Source of the DNA: Lingula anatina
Lineage: Eukaryota; Animalia; Brachiopoda
Length of the DNA: 64,000 bases
Assembly (NCBI GenBank): GCA_051362555.1
Contig: CM120644.1
Span: forward strand, 19,242,534 to 19,306,533
Direction: 5' to 3'
The first letter of the stretch is position 1. Each line of letters starts with the position of its first letter. Below are positions 50,821 to 64,000 of this stretch, piece by piece. Under the pieces are notes generated by a model. The model did no database searches. It was given only the letters and a program-made list of their open reading frames with translations, and was not told where the DNA came from. The position numbers were made by a program, and so were the translations under genes.

Positions 50821-51230
50821 GATTTTTATGTACAGACACCAGGCTGATTCATATGTACAGGTTAAATTTGAAAATTTTCTTAATAGGTTTAGCTTTGATG
50901 AAGTAATGCTGTTTTTTTTTTTTTTTTTTTTTTTTTTGTATAAAAGTGATTTTTCCTCAGATTCAATTCTTAGACATGTTAAAAGTCTCATTATTGAACT
51001 CACAACTTACTTGAACGTGTTATTTTGATGTTTTCTGCATCTTAACAATTTTGTTGATTGTATAAAAGTAATGGTAAATCTGTTGTGTATTGTGAAATAA
51101 ATAGTGAAAGTGGAAATAAAATTAAATCAGTGCAGTTTGTCAAATTCAATCTCTTCACTGTGTGCAGAATCTCAGAATGGAGAAAATCAGATATTTAAAA
51201 TTGTTCTATTGCTGTATTTTTTAAAATTTG
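50821..51230 (+). mobile_element. Degenerate fragment of the same Helentron-type family
   Basis: Begins TTTTTATGTACAGACAC and shares CCTCAGATTCAATTCTTAG..CATGT..CAGAATCTCAGAATGGAG with 21835-22065. Confidence 0.7.
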
Positions 51231-54200
51231 TTTGACAAGAGGACTGCAGTAGACACTGTGATGCCATACCTGAGATTTTGTTACTTCTGTTAGTGTTAGT
51301 GCATTATTATTTATATATGAAGATATAATAATTTTGATTTTTAGATACTAGTGGAAGAGTATTTTTTGTTTTTGAGTGCATGCATGCCAGTAATATGTAT
51401 GTTCTTCATTATTTCAATGCAATTAAGGAAGTTTTTTTGGGAAAAAATCTTCAATTGCTGCTCTTTTTCTCTTATCTCTTTCCTTTCACTTATATTTTTC
51501 AAAAAACTAAATAATATTTGTAAAAAATGGAATAATATAATAAGCAGATTTTCCATTAAAAAATATACAAATTTATAAATTCCCATTACCACCTGCAGAA
51601 AGGTCTGTATAATTAATTAGTATTTTTTTATGATAACAGATAACTGTGCATGCTTTTCCTTTGAATTTCTGCTATGTGTCTGCTTCAATCAGTCAACTTC
51701 AAATGATATTAAAAACTTTTACACATTATCCTTATTTCATTTTTTTATCTTTTTGGTTTGGGGAGCCTTTTTAACATTTTTTTTTCAATACCTTTAAATG
51801 ACCCCAAATTGTCAGTTGCTACACGTCTTCCCGTTAACCAAATAATCAAACTACATCAGAATGTCTGCAACATTTTTTTCATTATTTGTCATGTTTTTTT
51901 TCTATTATTCTTTACTAATTTTATCATTTTTTATCTAAAAAATTCACCAGCTCTACCTTAAAATTTCCACTATTACTTTACTTACTATCATTTATTTTTG
52001 ACACAAGTACAACATTGTGTTTGGTCATTTTTGCACATTTTTATTTATTTCCAAACTTTTTCCTTTCGTTTTTGATCTTTTCGTTACCTCATGCCGATTA
52101 CATAGGTCAAGGTTTCCCAATTATGGGCAATTGGGTGAATCGTTATTTCTATTTTTCTTGGAAGGAATTTCAGACGTAACCGTGCCCCCTGTTTTTACGT
52201 TTTTCCCTACTCATCATTACTCATCATTATTGAATGCCTTTATCTGTGAAACATACTGCGTTGGGGGTGGGGGTAATTGTTTTTTATTTATTTATTTTTT
52301 TTTGGGGGGGGGGCATGTATTAACACAAAGACATGGAGGCACTTATGTATATTTAACATTTCATATCACAAGATATCACAACTGTTGTGGAAAAAATTCA
52401 GCTAAATTTTCATGTTTTTGTCATCATGATTTCAGCAAATCCAAATCATCTTCCAGGGATGGGGGGGGGGGGGGCATGATTGCACCTCTTATATAACAAA
52501 GACTGAAGTTAAAATCGAGGCTTCTGTACAGAAGGTGATCAACTGTATGTTATTATGTAATCCAGGTGAGCATTTTGGTGAGAGGCGTTCAGCAAGGACC
52601 GAGGTCAGTAAAAGATGGCGAAGAAAGCATTGTGTCTCATTGCTACAATTTCCACGAAATGGTCGGAAATCTGGGACTGAAATTGGCATCGATCTGTTGT
52701 AAGTACTGTATAGATGATGGAAGATAACATTGGTTATGTGACGTTAATGATATTAACCAAAAAATGGTGCAATTTGCAAATAAGGCATCATGTCGACATT
52801 TTGTCTTGACGTCAACAATATTTTTCATGAAAAGTCCAAATTCAACTTGACGTTTAAATAGCTAATTATCGGTTCTTATTTTCAGATGGAATGCATTTGC
52901 CAGAAAACGGGTGGTGAGAGATTTGCTCCAGCAGTGAACGCGTCTTACGTCTCAAACAAAGTATGGACATCTTGGCAGGTAACTTCATTCTCAGGTCCTA
53001 CCCCGGTAATTTGTTTTTTTTAAATTTCAAAATCCACCTCAGCAAATCCCTACCCGCCAATGTGCACATGTCGTGACTACGTTGTTCTTCTTTCTAAAAT
53101 CTCATAAATTTTGTTTTTACTACCCTCCTGTCATATATTTATTTCTAAAATTTCACTTTATACGTAATCCGAGGGTCACTATCTTTTTAGTAGCACCACT
53201 GACGTGTGATTCTAAAGACACAGAATGTTGTCACGTTACAGTGTGTACACGGTGTAAAAGAATAGAAATTATATTGTTTGAAAGTGCATAATAACATAAA
53301 ACGTGTCAGCTCAGTATATATACAGTATATTCCTCTAATTTAAAAGTTGAAAAGTGGTTTGTTGAATATTACTATAAGAATCGAAATCGGTTGCCGTAAG
53401 ATTAAAACTTGCTTTATTTAATCAACCCTTAGTCATTGATTTGTAAAGGTGGTTTTTGTTTAATTTCAGTGACTCAGCCGTGCACGAGAAGATTGAATAC
53501 GTTCTCCATCAATGACGTCAGGCTCGTGTTCCACAGCGGCTGCATCCATGTCAAGATTACATGTCAGAGTTCGTCTGCTAGTAAATTTGCAGGGTTGAAA
53601 CTTAGTATAAAGTGTAATGTTTGCTTTGTGTTGTGAATCGACTGTAGTTATTTTCAAACTGTCACAAAGTAGTGTTCAAGAAGAGTACTTTGATACACGT
53701 ACATGTAGTAGTGGTTTATTTCCGTGTAGGTGTGGCAACATAAACAACAAGCACATGTAGGATGGCCGGTTTTCTTTTGGATGGTAACATATTTGTGAGG
53801 ACAAATCTGCAATTTGGCACTTCTCCGTGAACAATTATTTATTTAAAATTGAATTCTAGTGATAGTGTTATAGTGTGTGTTCAGTTAAAGAAACAAAAAA
53901 GAACGAGATGTGCATCCACCAAAAATTAATAAATCGCTGTAGTTTAAATAATTATGCTTCAGAAATTGCAGCATTATCAAACTGGCAGAATGTGTCATTA
54001 GTATTGCAGAACTGTCCACACGCACTGAAACGATCTTTCTTAAGTTTGAATGTGCGATTGTGACGCATATAAAATGAGCTTCGTATTTCGTGTGTTTGAT
54101 GTCACAGGCCATATTGTCCGTGATGGGAGGGGGTCAAAAGTCACCCTAGTTTTTAGAAACGAAACCAAGGATTGAAATTTTCCCGAAATTAATATGCATT

Positions 54201-55687
54201 TGTTATTGCAGTAGTGTTAGGTCACAAAGGAAAATCGTTGTGTTACAGAAAATGTTTTATTTTGGAATATCATCTTCATTAAAGGGTCTACGTAGGATTG
54301 ACATTCATCAGAAACTTTTATACACTGAATTTGACAAAGTCAAATGAATAATTTTAGCTGCCGTTTTTTTTTTTTTTAAAAATGAGCACTCCATGAAGGT
54401 TTTAAGATTACCAATTTCTGTCAATACACCCAACAAAGAATGCAGTACAATTTTTAAAAAGCCAAATTTACAGAAAAAATTTAAAAACTAAATAGGCATT
54501 TTTCGTAAATTTTGGCTAGCAGTTTTCAGCCAATTCTTTAAAAATCCATCGAATTATCGTACAAAATTACTTTTGAATTGTATTTTGCTTCTTTAAACAA
54601 AATATGAATAATTGTCATATTCTCAGTATAAAAACTTTATCCAAAAGTGTATAGATCGGCGCTCTGTTAAAGGTTGGCCTTGTGCCTTGTATTTTCTTAG
54701 TTGACTTTTTGGTCGCAATCAAAGAGTGATTGAAAAATAATTTCTTATGGGTTGTCAGTCCTGCATGTCCTGTTGAGTTATAGTGCTGAGTGTCACTTGA
54801 TCACTGAACACCGGAGACCAGTCTTAAGTTTATTAGTGTTGTCATAGTAAATGTATATTTTAAGTGAACTAATATTTGCGTAATCTTCTCCGTTTTCTTT
54901 GAAAATTATTCTCTAAAATGGCTATGGTTGGAATAAGCTTATAAGTTGGTCATGTCATCATGACGTTTCTGATTCGCAAGCAGTACAAAATTCAGTTTTC
55001 GCTCAAAGTTGCACAATGAAATACATATTTTAGGATTTCATATGAAGAAAAGTTTGTGTTGGACATGAACAATATTTATCGATGAACAAAACTATCAGGA
55101 ATTTTACAAAATTTGATTATTTTGACTACCTATTTTTGTTTTGTGAACATCAGCAAGACGACATAGTGCTTGCATGTTGGTACATGCGTCGGGATAGGAT
55201 TAGGTTATATGCATATTGAATTTTCTACACCGTTCACATCAGTGAATTTTGACATTTTTTTGTTAATTTTGTTGGAATTATGCCTATCATAATATTCCTA
55301 AACTCCTTTATAAATCAAAAGGCTACGCCAGCCAAATAGAAATGTTCAAAATGCATAGAATCTCGACATGTTTTAGTTAGATAGAGAACCAGTTTTATTT
55401 GTATGTAAAAGCTTAATTCACATTTCATAGTACTTTTTATGAAATTGCCATTAATGTAGAAAAAGGGTATTCCAAGTTTTATATTCTGTGTTATTATGCT
55501 GTTACTTTTTGTATTCATTTATGCCATAATAAATGTGCTATATTGTTTTATGAACAAAATAAGTTATTTTTCTTAACTACAGAACCGCCGACTCCTCTTA
55601 CTATCCTGTGTTCGTAACACTGTTATGTAGAAGTCAAAATTCTTTATTTGGATTTATTTTTGCAAAAGGTAATTTGCTGGGACCCAG

Positions 55688-55758
55688 TGGCGCCAGGAAT
55701 CGAACCTGCAACCTTCTGTCTGAGAGGCAAGCGCGTTACCTACTCCTCTAACTGTTCC
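55688..55758 (-). mobile_element. tRNA-derived SINE head or tRNA pseudogene (copy B)
   Basis: Paralog of 11962-12033, with B box GGTTCGATTCC on the minus strand. Confidence 0.7.
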
Positions 55759-57335
55759 CACCCACCCTCCTCGGGTAGACTTTCTTCTTATAGTAACCAA
55801 AGGAAATTTTTAAAAAGTCTTTGGGAATTACTTGCTTTTATCCAAGTACGCGAGCAGGAAAGTGAACCCCAACCCGTAGGTACCAATGAACATGAAAATA
55901 CTACAACGCATTGAATAATTTCGGTATTTCTTTATTTTAATCTTAAAAGACCAAAACAAAATTCCATTCCATATATGCGTGTATATTTAACCATCTAAAA
56001 ACATCAGTTTGTGCGACTAAATTTGTGATTCTTTTTAAGTTTTGAAAGATTGAATAAAATGATATAAACAAAGTCATTGAGATTTTCATTAGAATTCACT
56101 AAAAATGAACCAAATTTAACCTATTTGATTTTACAAATAAAACTATCAACTACACTTCTTATGTTTGATCTTATGTTTGATATTAAAGAAAATATTTCGG
56201 AAAAAACTTTTTCCTTTAAAAAACATCGCCGGATCTGGTATTCAGTCCACCTTTAACATCAGAAAAATCAAGAAGGAAACCCGCTCTGGACTAACATTAT
56301 CAAGTACACATAATGCTACAAATTACATAGAATTTCATATTTTGACTACATTTAAATGTTCCGGATCCGACGTTGATTTTTTTTCTGTTTCTAACCATAC
56401 GATATTATAAGAATTATTTCAATAACTAAATACCTAAAATCATGAGCAATTCTACAACTCTTGTGACAAATATTTTGCAATGAACTGAACAAAAATTAAT
56501 CTCACATAGCACACGTAGAGAGTAAATATTTTGCACCTACTGATCTATCTAATAAAAAAAAGTAAGTTTTTCAAAGCTGAGCAGATTTTGAAAAATGGTA
56601 TCAATAATTCTTTCGTCTTTACACAGAATCTAGATTTCTTTAAGAGACATCATCTTTCAGTTGCATTTTACGAAAGTCACAGTGTACATACATGTACTAC
56701 GAACCTAGACATCAGAAAATTGGATCATTAACAAGAACAAGCTTATGAAATTAAGTTTTCTAATCTCTTCTCTGAGCGTTTAAAGTAAAGCAAAGGTACA
56801 TACCGCTCCATTTTGAACGGTACATTTTGAAATTTACAACTCAAAACGTGTTATTATCTATTGTAAACCGCACTGGGAAGTAACAGAGTACGGCATATAA
56901 CAACTCGACTTTTTAAAACTTTCATGCAACGTGCTTTTGTCCTCGGTGTTGAACAAGAATGTGCTTTGGTGATAAAGTGAAATTGTTGAATTTCTCAGGA
57001 TGTTTTTTTCTAGGTAAAGGTATAACGCGCACTATATGCCTTTGATTTGAAATTAAAATCCATGTTTTCGAAGAGAGTGATATTATTTCATATGCTGAAC
57101 TCAAAGTAATTAAGAACAAGAAATGAAAAATTGACATCAGCAAAAAATATTATTTAATGTAATATTCCCAATTTGTCATTAATTTTTATTGGATAAAAGA
57201 ACACATTTTAAAAAGTATAGCTCACAAGACATTAGCAAAAACGATATTATTCGATGTAATATTACCCATATGTAATAAATTTAAACTGGACAGATCAGAG
57301 AGGAATATTATCAGCTGTTTTAGCTTATAAGAATA

Positions 57336-57487
57336 AAGTAAATTTTCTTCAATCAGCAGCTTAATATTGAAATCAGGGAATGAGGCTACCCAGGTGAGTA
57401 ATGATGAATGTTCTATTAGACATCAAAATATTGGAGGTAAAGGTAAACTATTTTAATATTAAGCTGTTGATTGAAGAAAAATTACTT
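57336..57487. mobile_element. Small foldback element/MITE, copy-B-specific
   Basis: ~38-bp inverted repeat AAGTAAATTTTCTTCAATCAGCAGCTTAATATTGAAAT / ATTTTAATATTAAGCTGTTGATTGAAGAAAAATTACTT. Confidence 0.7.
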
Positions 57488-60400
57488 CACTCTTTACTGG
57501 ATAGAGGAATATATTTTCTTAAAGATATATGCAAACAAGTTTTATAACTACCTATTTTCCTACATATACTATCTCTCTCCTTCGCAAAAAGATTGAGAAA
57601 AATGACACACGCAAAATGTTTAATTTTACTCCTATGACTATATCTACTAACGCAGTCCAATTTACATGAAGTGCATATGAGATATGAAGAGCTGGTGGAG
57701 GAAGCAAAATGGAAGCAAAATGGGGAAAATATTGGGGTATTTCCAATACCAGTTTTAAACATTCAGGCATCAAAACTGAATCACAAATAAGTTATCATCA
57801 AATACCTAACATTAATATCTTACAGCGTTGTACTAAATCGGTTGAAACTGATATTTTCGTATACTTAGTACATGAATCTGGATTGCCTCGCATCCACTCC
57901 CTGGTCACTCTGAACTGATGAAGACGTGACATCTCTTTCTGGAGTGTTGGTTACGATTCATGGGGGAGGAGGCAGGATATTTTGGTCTCATTGTTTACTT
58001 TATTATCATCATCATTATCTGATAGGTGAACCTTCATTGACAATTTACTGCAATAAAAATGCATAGGACGCATTTGTGTTTGATATATTTCAAAACACGC
58101 CATTGTTAAAAGTAATCTCATACCCTAACACCCCCCACAATGAAACATTATTTACGTCACTGGTTACGGTCAAATGCACGTTTTTATCTGAACAGAGTTT
58201 AGTATATGTGACCGACCTGATCGCACTATGACGCCATCTGCTGGAATCAGCAGACTAAAACTTTATTAACCTTAAATCATGTGATCATATCATCATATGA
58301 TCATACGATTTTGTAGTCTTCATTTACCTTCACAATGGCAAATAAACTTTCGAATATGTGTCTTTGTGTGTGTGCGTGCGTGCGTGCGTGGAACCTGGTC
58401 ATGATAACGAAGGCGTTTGTTAAATTATCCAGATTTTTACAGAATTTTGGCCAGTGACAGGAAAGAAGGGTTGATTAGTTGAAGAAAAATACCACTTATC
58501 CCAGGAAAATCTGCGCAATATTTTAGCACGTCAGCACAAACGCCGTGAAGATACGCTATGCCTATATTTTGCCGAAGCATTTTATTCAAATTGTTTTTTT
58601 TTCACTTTGCATCATACAACCAGTTTTCATAACGCCCGTCTGTACTGTCATGCACAAGTTATAACAGTTTTATTCTACCTCCCCAATATCCTCCTGTCAT
58701 TTCATGCTGTCAATATTGACATATACAAGATTTCAACATATATCATACATCACATGATTCTTTCACATACAGCACTCGAATAACATATTTTATGTAGTAA
58801 AAGAAATGAAATTCCATTCGTATCAAATATTTTTTTCTTCGGAAATTGATATTTCAAATTGTTTCTCCTCCGCCTGGTGTTTAGTAGAATACACAAAAAG
58901 TGATTTACGAAAAAGTTTAAACAATAGGAGGCGTGTTAAGCTGATAAACTGATTGCATTCAGCAGAGTTGGATCAATCTACGTATGATGATAGTTTCATT
59001 GGGAATGAACCCTTAGTTCATTTTTAAAAAATCTTATTTTTATTGTAGTGCTCTTAATATTTTGTCTAGAACTTTAACCCACTGGGTTATCAATATCTTA
59101 TCAATAAATAAGAAATAATCATTATTATACAGTGTGATATTCTGGCGTCTGTTCTGTCTCAACATGATTGCGACGTCTACCACAGAATTGATTGTAATGT
59201 GTTAGGTGTGACAAGCCGTTGACCACTGTTGCAGTAGGGCCTATTACCTGCAAGGTGAACTACCAAAGCACAAGACAGGGTGCGTTTTATCTATTTGTGT
59301 CCTACACCAAAACGTAACGTTATAACGCCAAATATAATCCACGTATTTCATGATTAGGCCACTTATTCAATGCCAGATTTAGAGTCTAAGGGGGTGGCGT
59401 GTGTCTTACTTTTACGTTTTGTTTCCCAATGGTCTTTTCTCCTCCCTCCCCCCCCCCCAAAAAAAAAAAAAAAAAAAAGAGGCTAAAGGAAAAAATTCTA
59501 TGAGAAATCTGAAGAGGGGCTGGTCCTCCCGTACATGAGTGTGTGACAAAAAGATAATAATATCAATTAAAAATTATAACAAGCAAAACGAAACAAATCC
59601 AAGATGTTTTACCGTCACTGTGCCCTACATATGAGAATAGAATTGCCTTCCTCTACTGTTTTATATCCAATGTTTATAACCACGTCAACTATCAAACAGC
59701 TTTGTTTTGACGTGACACGGCGAGTGTCTCCTCTCTATGTCGAGGTAGATTCTACTGTATTTTGAATAAGACTGGCGGTAGGTTGTGTCTCACGACAACC
59801 ATGACTGAATTTTTACCGCGTTCACTTTTTATTTGTGTTGCACCACGATTAACACGCTTATCTATTCCATATATTAATGGCAGGTTAATTTTCACGAGAC
59901 TGGACACAGGTAACTGCTAAATCTCTACCTGTAGTAAAAAAATTTAAGATATCAGTGACACATTTTATTTTTAGAAACGGAAAAAATGAGTACGCTTTCA
60001 GTTGAATAACCAAAATAAAGTCAACTGGTAAATTATTGCATTTGGATTGCGTGGAAAATTAAAAATGCAATCTTCCTTGAATTTGATTTTTTTTTTCTCA
60101 ATTTCTTTATTATTCGAATAATCTTGTTAACTAAATCTTATTGATGAATTGATAATTCAATATGGACATGAAAGTTATGGAAATTTCATAACAGTTAAAT
60201 ACCACATCCTTGCGATCTAACGTTAAACAAATTCTCTCTCTCGCTCAAAATCAGCAGAGCCACAGGCAAAATGCAATAAAAGCATAGGAATATGAGTTAT
60301 TTATATCTATAAAAAATCAAATTTCCTATTCGCTGGAAAATATTAATAAAAGTGATTTTTACAGTACCTCTCGAGGGGAGGGAAGGGGCGTACACCGGGG

Positions 60401-61917
60401 CTCTCGTCAAGAAGCCCTTCTCAGCCTTCTAGCTGTTACAAAATTCTGCCGAAGGGCGGGTCAAGAAATGATTTATTATGAAAGGAAAGTTGCTTTATTT
60501 CTTTCGGTAAATTACATTTGGTAGCTTCAAATATGCATTATTTTTATCAAATAATAAAATTTAAGATAGCTTAGGTGATCATGATCACCGCTATTTGAAA
60601 TCTCTGATGTGGACATCACTTCCGGACAGCCTTATATTACTACAGGCAATCTAATTTGCATATAAGAAAAAAATGCATTTTTTGTGGTTTTGAGTCATTT
60701 ACAGTTTTTATTACTTTTATAAATGACGATGTCCCTTTACCCTCACAAATTTCCAATCATTTGATCGACACGCCCTGTTTATGAATTTATTTATATGAAT
60801 TATAAAACTTCATATCACAGGCGTGAATCACGTTATCACGTCCAAGTCATAACATTGTTAAACTAGCGCCAATAACTGCAGTGGAGAATGTAGGTCATTT
60901 GCCTGTACAATTCTCCCATAGCATTATTGATTTTTTCTGGAGTGGAACATTTTCGGGAGAGGCGGACGAGAGAGAGGGGGACCCATTGAACTGCAAAATA
61001 AAAAAAGAGCGTGGAGCTGTTATAATCAAAGTCTATTACAATCTTTGAAAAGAGTGTAAAAATAGCCCACTTTTGCAGTTTCTTTGTGTAGCACTTTGCA
61101 GACAACTTGAAAATTCTCTATGCCATCGGTCTCTCCCTAACGATTTGTTGACCACGTTAACTGTTCAACTCCCGGCAGAAGATGAACCAGCCAACGATAG
61201 TTTTGACACGCAGGAGCCGCACCCTGAACTTCAGATCTTAATAGCAATTAACCCTTGCGGTTTCGAGTAACTGGAAACGACAAGGGTATGTCATAGTAGT
61301 GTAGATGTTTGTTTCAAGTTATCTTTGACACTCAGGGTGAGAAGACAGAATAGGAGCGAGACGGGAGGAGGGGGGGGGGAACTTAACCCTTTCACAACCA
61401 ACTGCGTCACCCCTGCGCATGGGACGAATGCGTTCCGTCTAACCAGTCAATTTATCTAAGAATCATTCGCTCTGATTATGAATTTTCAAACAAATTAGGG
61501 TGTATTTGTAATCTATAGGGTATATTTGTAACCCATGAAAGCAACTTTTTTATTTACCCGAGATGCGTCAAACATTCTATTATTTAGCGTGATCCATGAC
61601 ACATAGCAGGAGCCGGGGTGTGTGCTGGGGGGGGGGGGGGGGGCAGTTGATTCCCTCACAATCAACTGCGTCAGCCCTGAGCAAGGGGCGGAAGCGGGGG
61701 GGGGGGGGGGTGCGTTCCATCAACACCAGAGTCCACCGCATGTCTAGTGGCCACCCTGGTCCGCAACCCAAGGCCTTCACTTAGTGGTCAGTTGTTAACA
61801 AGTCAGGAAGACAGCACTAGGGACACTCAGGTAAACTAACCATTAGTGATGGGGTCATCAGTTGGCCACAATACAGAGGTCACTGTCAGCGGGTAATATT
61901 TGTATTTTTTTAGATTT

Positions 61918-62079
61918 CAGGGGCGGATTCAGACCGTCTTCTGGGTCTTCCAGAAGACGGTCACTTTTTCAAGTTTAAATTGACGGGTATCTAATTTTTT
62001 CTAATGGGAGACAATCAAAATTTGAGGATGAATCAATAAAGATAATTTTGAAGACTAAATAGCTCTGCATCCGCCCCTG
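61918..62079. mobile_element. hAT-like MITE, paralog of 18541
   Basis: Same TIRs and GATTT TSD at the paralogous position. Confidence 0.9.
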
Positions 62080-62324
62080 GATTTTATATCAATGCTAAGT
62101 TTATATATGATATCAATTATTACCTATGATCAGACATGAAATTTTGATCAACAGATTTTTGTAGCTAAAAAAGCTAGTTTTTGAGATTTGTTTTATTTTT
62201 CTGAAACGGAAGGTTCAACCCCCCTGACCCCCCCCCCCAAATCTGCCACTGGGTTAGCTTGTTTTCTTAACTACTGAATTTTTCATCTTTTGACATTTTG
62301 ATTCATTGACATATATGTTTATTA

Positions 62325-62373
<49 letters not shown>

Positions 62374-63599
62374 CTAAAATTTCTTTTGATGACTACAGTT
62401 AAGCATTACTTGTGGTTCACTTGTCTGGAACAGCGCAAAAGCACTGATAAAAATTACAAACAGGCTCAAAATACGGATACCATTGTATTTGTTTGTGTTG
62501 GATAATACTACTTACTTGATTTGTGGTCAAAATATTTACATGTAAATCGCTATGAGAAAATCCAAAAATATTTGTAACCAGTTTCAGTCAATTAATGTTC
62601 ACTTGTTGCTTGCTCAGTTACATACTAACGATATGTGGGGAATCAAACCAAGACAATGGCTTCATGAATTTATTGTCTTATACAAATAAGCTTGTTGATT
62701 ATTCTGATTTTAATCAGAATAATCAACAAGCTTACTTTACCTCTTTACGGACTACATGTACAATAAAAAGTTATCATGTGAAGTTACAGAAATTGCCTGT
62801 GAATTATTAAATGTCTCTGACCCACTGATACAGAATGTTAGGTGGAATTGTGTTCAGTTGATAAATTAAAATATTGAAATTGTGCTGACACAGTAGTGAC
62901 TTGTTGATGGCTGGTCAGAAAACCTGGGAACAGTAATAAAACATTGACTTCTTTTAGACAGAGCATATAGTATTACATCTACAGGGATAATTCCTGTTTT
63001 TTTTTTCATTTTACTTTCTTTTTTGACATTTTAAACTCTCAATATCTGACTTGCCTATCTGTCATTGAATCTATTTTTTTGAAGTCTGTAATAAGTACCG
63101 TCTTCTATGTCTTGTTTTATCAAATATTCATTTGGAGTTTGATATTTTGTTGAATAAACAAAAAAATGTTTCTTTTACAACTCTTTATTCTCTCTAAATC
63201 ATAGGATATATAAATTTCATACATTAAAAATGAAATAATTTAAATTCTTTTCATCTTGTAAATGTAAATTCTTTGAAAATGTGACACTATTTCTCGTTCT
63301 GTTTTCAACAATAAAGATAGAAGAGAGGGATTTTCTAGCATAATATCATGTATTTGACTAAGTACAGTTCTTTTATTATAGATGATCTATCATAGATAAT
63401 GTGTCTGATCATGGAAGATAATGGTTGGAACCTACACAGTATAAAAGTGATAATTATTGATAAATTGAAGCAGTTACATTTGATTGTTCTTAAGATGTCC
63501 AAAAATAGCAAAGTTATAAGGTAAGAGTTTGTTTTCTGTTTCTGTCATCTGAATATATCGCTGAGAGCTGTAGAAAGGATTTTTTATGATTGTTGTGAT

Positions 63600-64000
63600 G
63601 ACACCTGGCGTGGTCCTTTTTATGCCAGTAAGTATTTCATAGACATCATTGTCAGTAATAATGGTGATGTTCTCTTATTCATATGTATGATGGGTTATGG
63701 CATAAGTGGTCATGTCGATACCCCCTGCACCGATAATCCCCTTAGTAATTTTTGGTATTATGCACATCGTTACGACCCCACACCGATAGATCCCCGCACC
63801 GATACTCCCCCGCACCGATACTTACCCACACCGATACTGCCCCTCAGTATATCTGTAATTGTGAGGGAGTATCGGTGAGGAGAAGTATTGGTGCAGGGAT
63901 GTACCGGTGCATGGGAGGATCGACATGTAACCTGGCATAATTTCCACATTACTTATTTCATCCGTCTCCATGAATTCTTTCATGCACAGTGCAATGGCCT
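63600..64000 (-). pseudogene. 3' remnant of a second C2H2 zinc-finger paralog, running off the window
   Basis: 63600-63705 matches the tail at 20275-20420 with a deletion. 63970-64000 (ATGAATTCTTTCATGCACAGTGCAATGGCC) encodes GHCTVHERIH on the minus strand. Confidence 0.75.
63706..63932. mobile_element. MITE with internal CACCGATA repeats and 8-bp TSD, copy-B-specific
   Basis: TSD TGGCATAA at 63698-63705 and 63933-63940; imperfect inverted ends around CATGTCGAT/ATCGACATG. Confidence 0.85.

Larger units (their letters stand above)
48575..63705 (+). repeat. Segmental duplication, copy B
   Basis: Collinear with 3285-20420; the block ~50705-52490 is not shared. It continues into zinc-finger sequence at the window end. 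Confidence 0.97.

Overview
AT-rich, intron-containing animal DNA; the repeat types suggest a marine invertebrate, but the species cannot be determined. Most of the window is a direct segmental duplication with an offset of about 43.4-45.3 kb: copy A is ~1-21.3 kb, and copy B runs from ~38.5 kb to beyond the window end. Each copy has a ~180-bp satellite array with embedded exon-like cassettes, decayed LRP2/megalin-like exons, a tRNA-derived SINE head, MITEs and the 3' end of a C2H2 zinc-finger gene. Between the copies lie the rest of that zinc-finger array (split by a 3.9-kb Helentron-type element), a HEATR3 pseudogene fragment, a second Helentron-type element and a 62-bp minisatellite. The main result is an apparently intact 10-exon minus-strand gene (36778->32661, 244 aa) of which the ORF track shows only one exon. 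It encodes an N-terminal CBM20 starch/glycogen-binding domain, a tandemly duplicated array of phase-1 micro-exons (some intact, some dead) and a basic amphipathic Cys-containing C-terminus. Copy B also carries a decayed PIF/Harbinger transposon (Myb/SANT gene plus DDE transposase), and copy A carries a LINE RT fragment. All homology calls come from manual translation and recalled motifs, not database searches.
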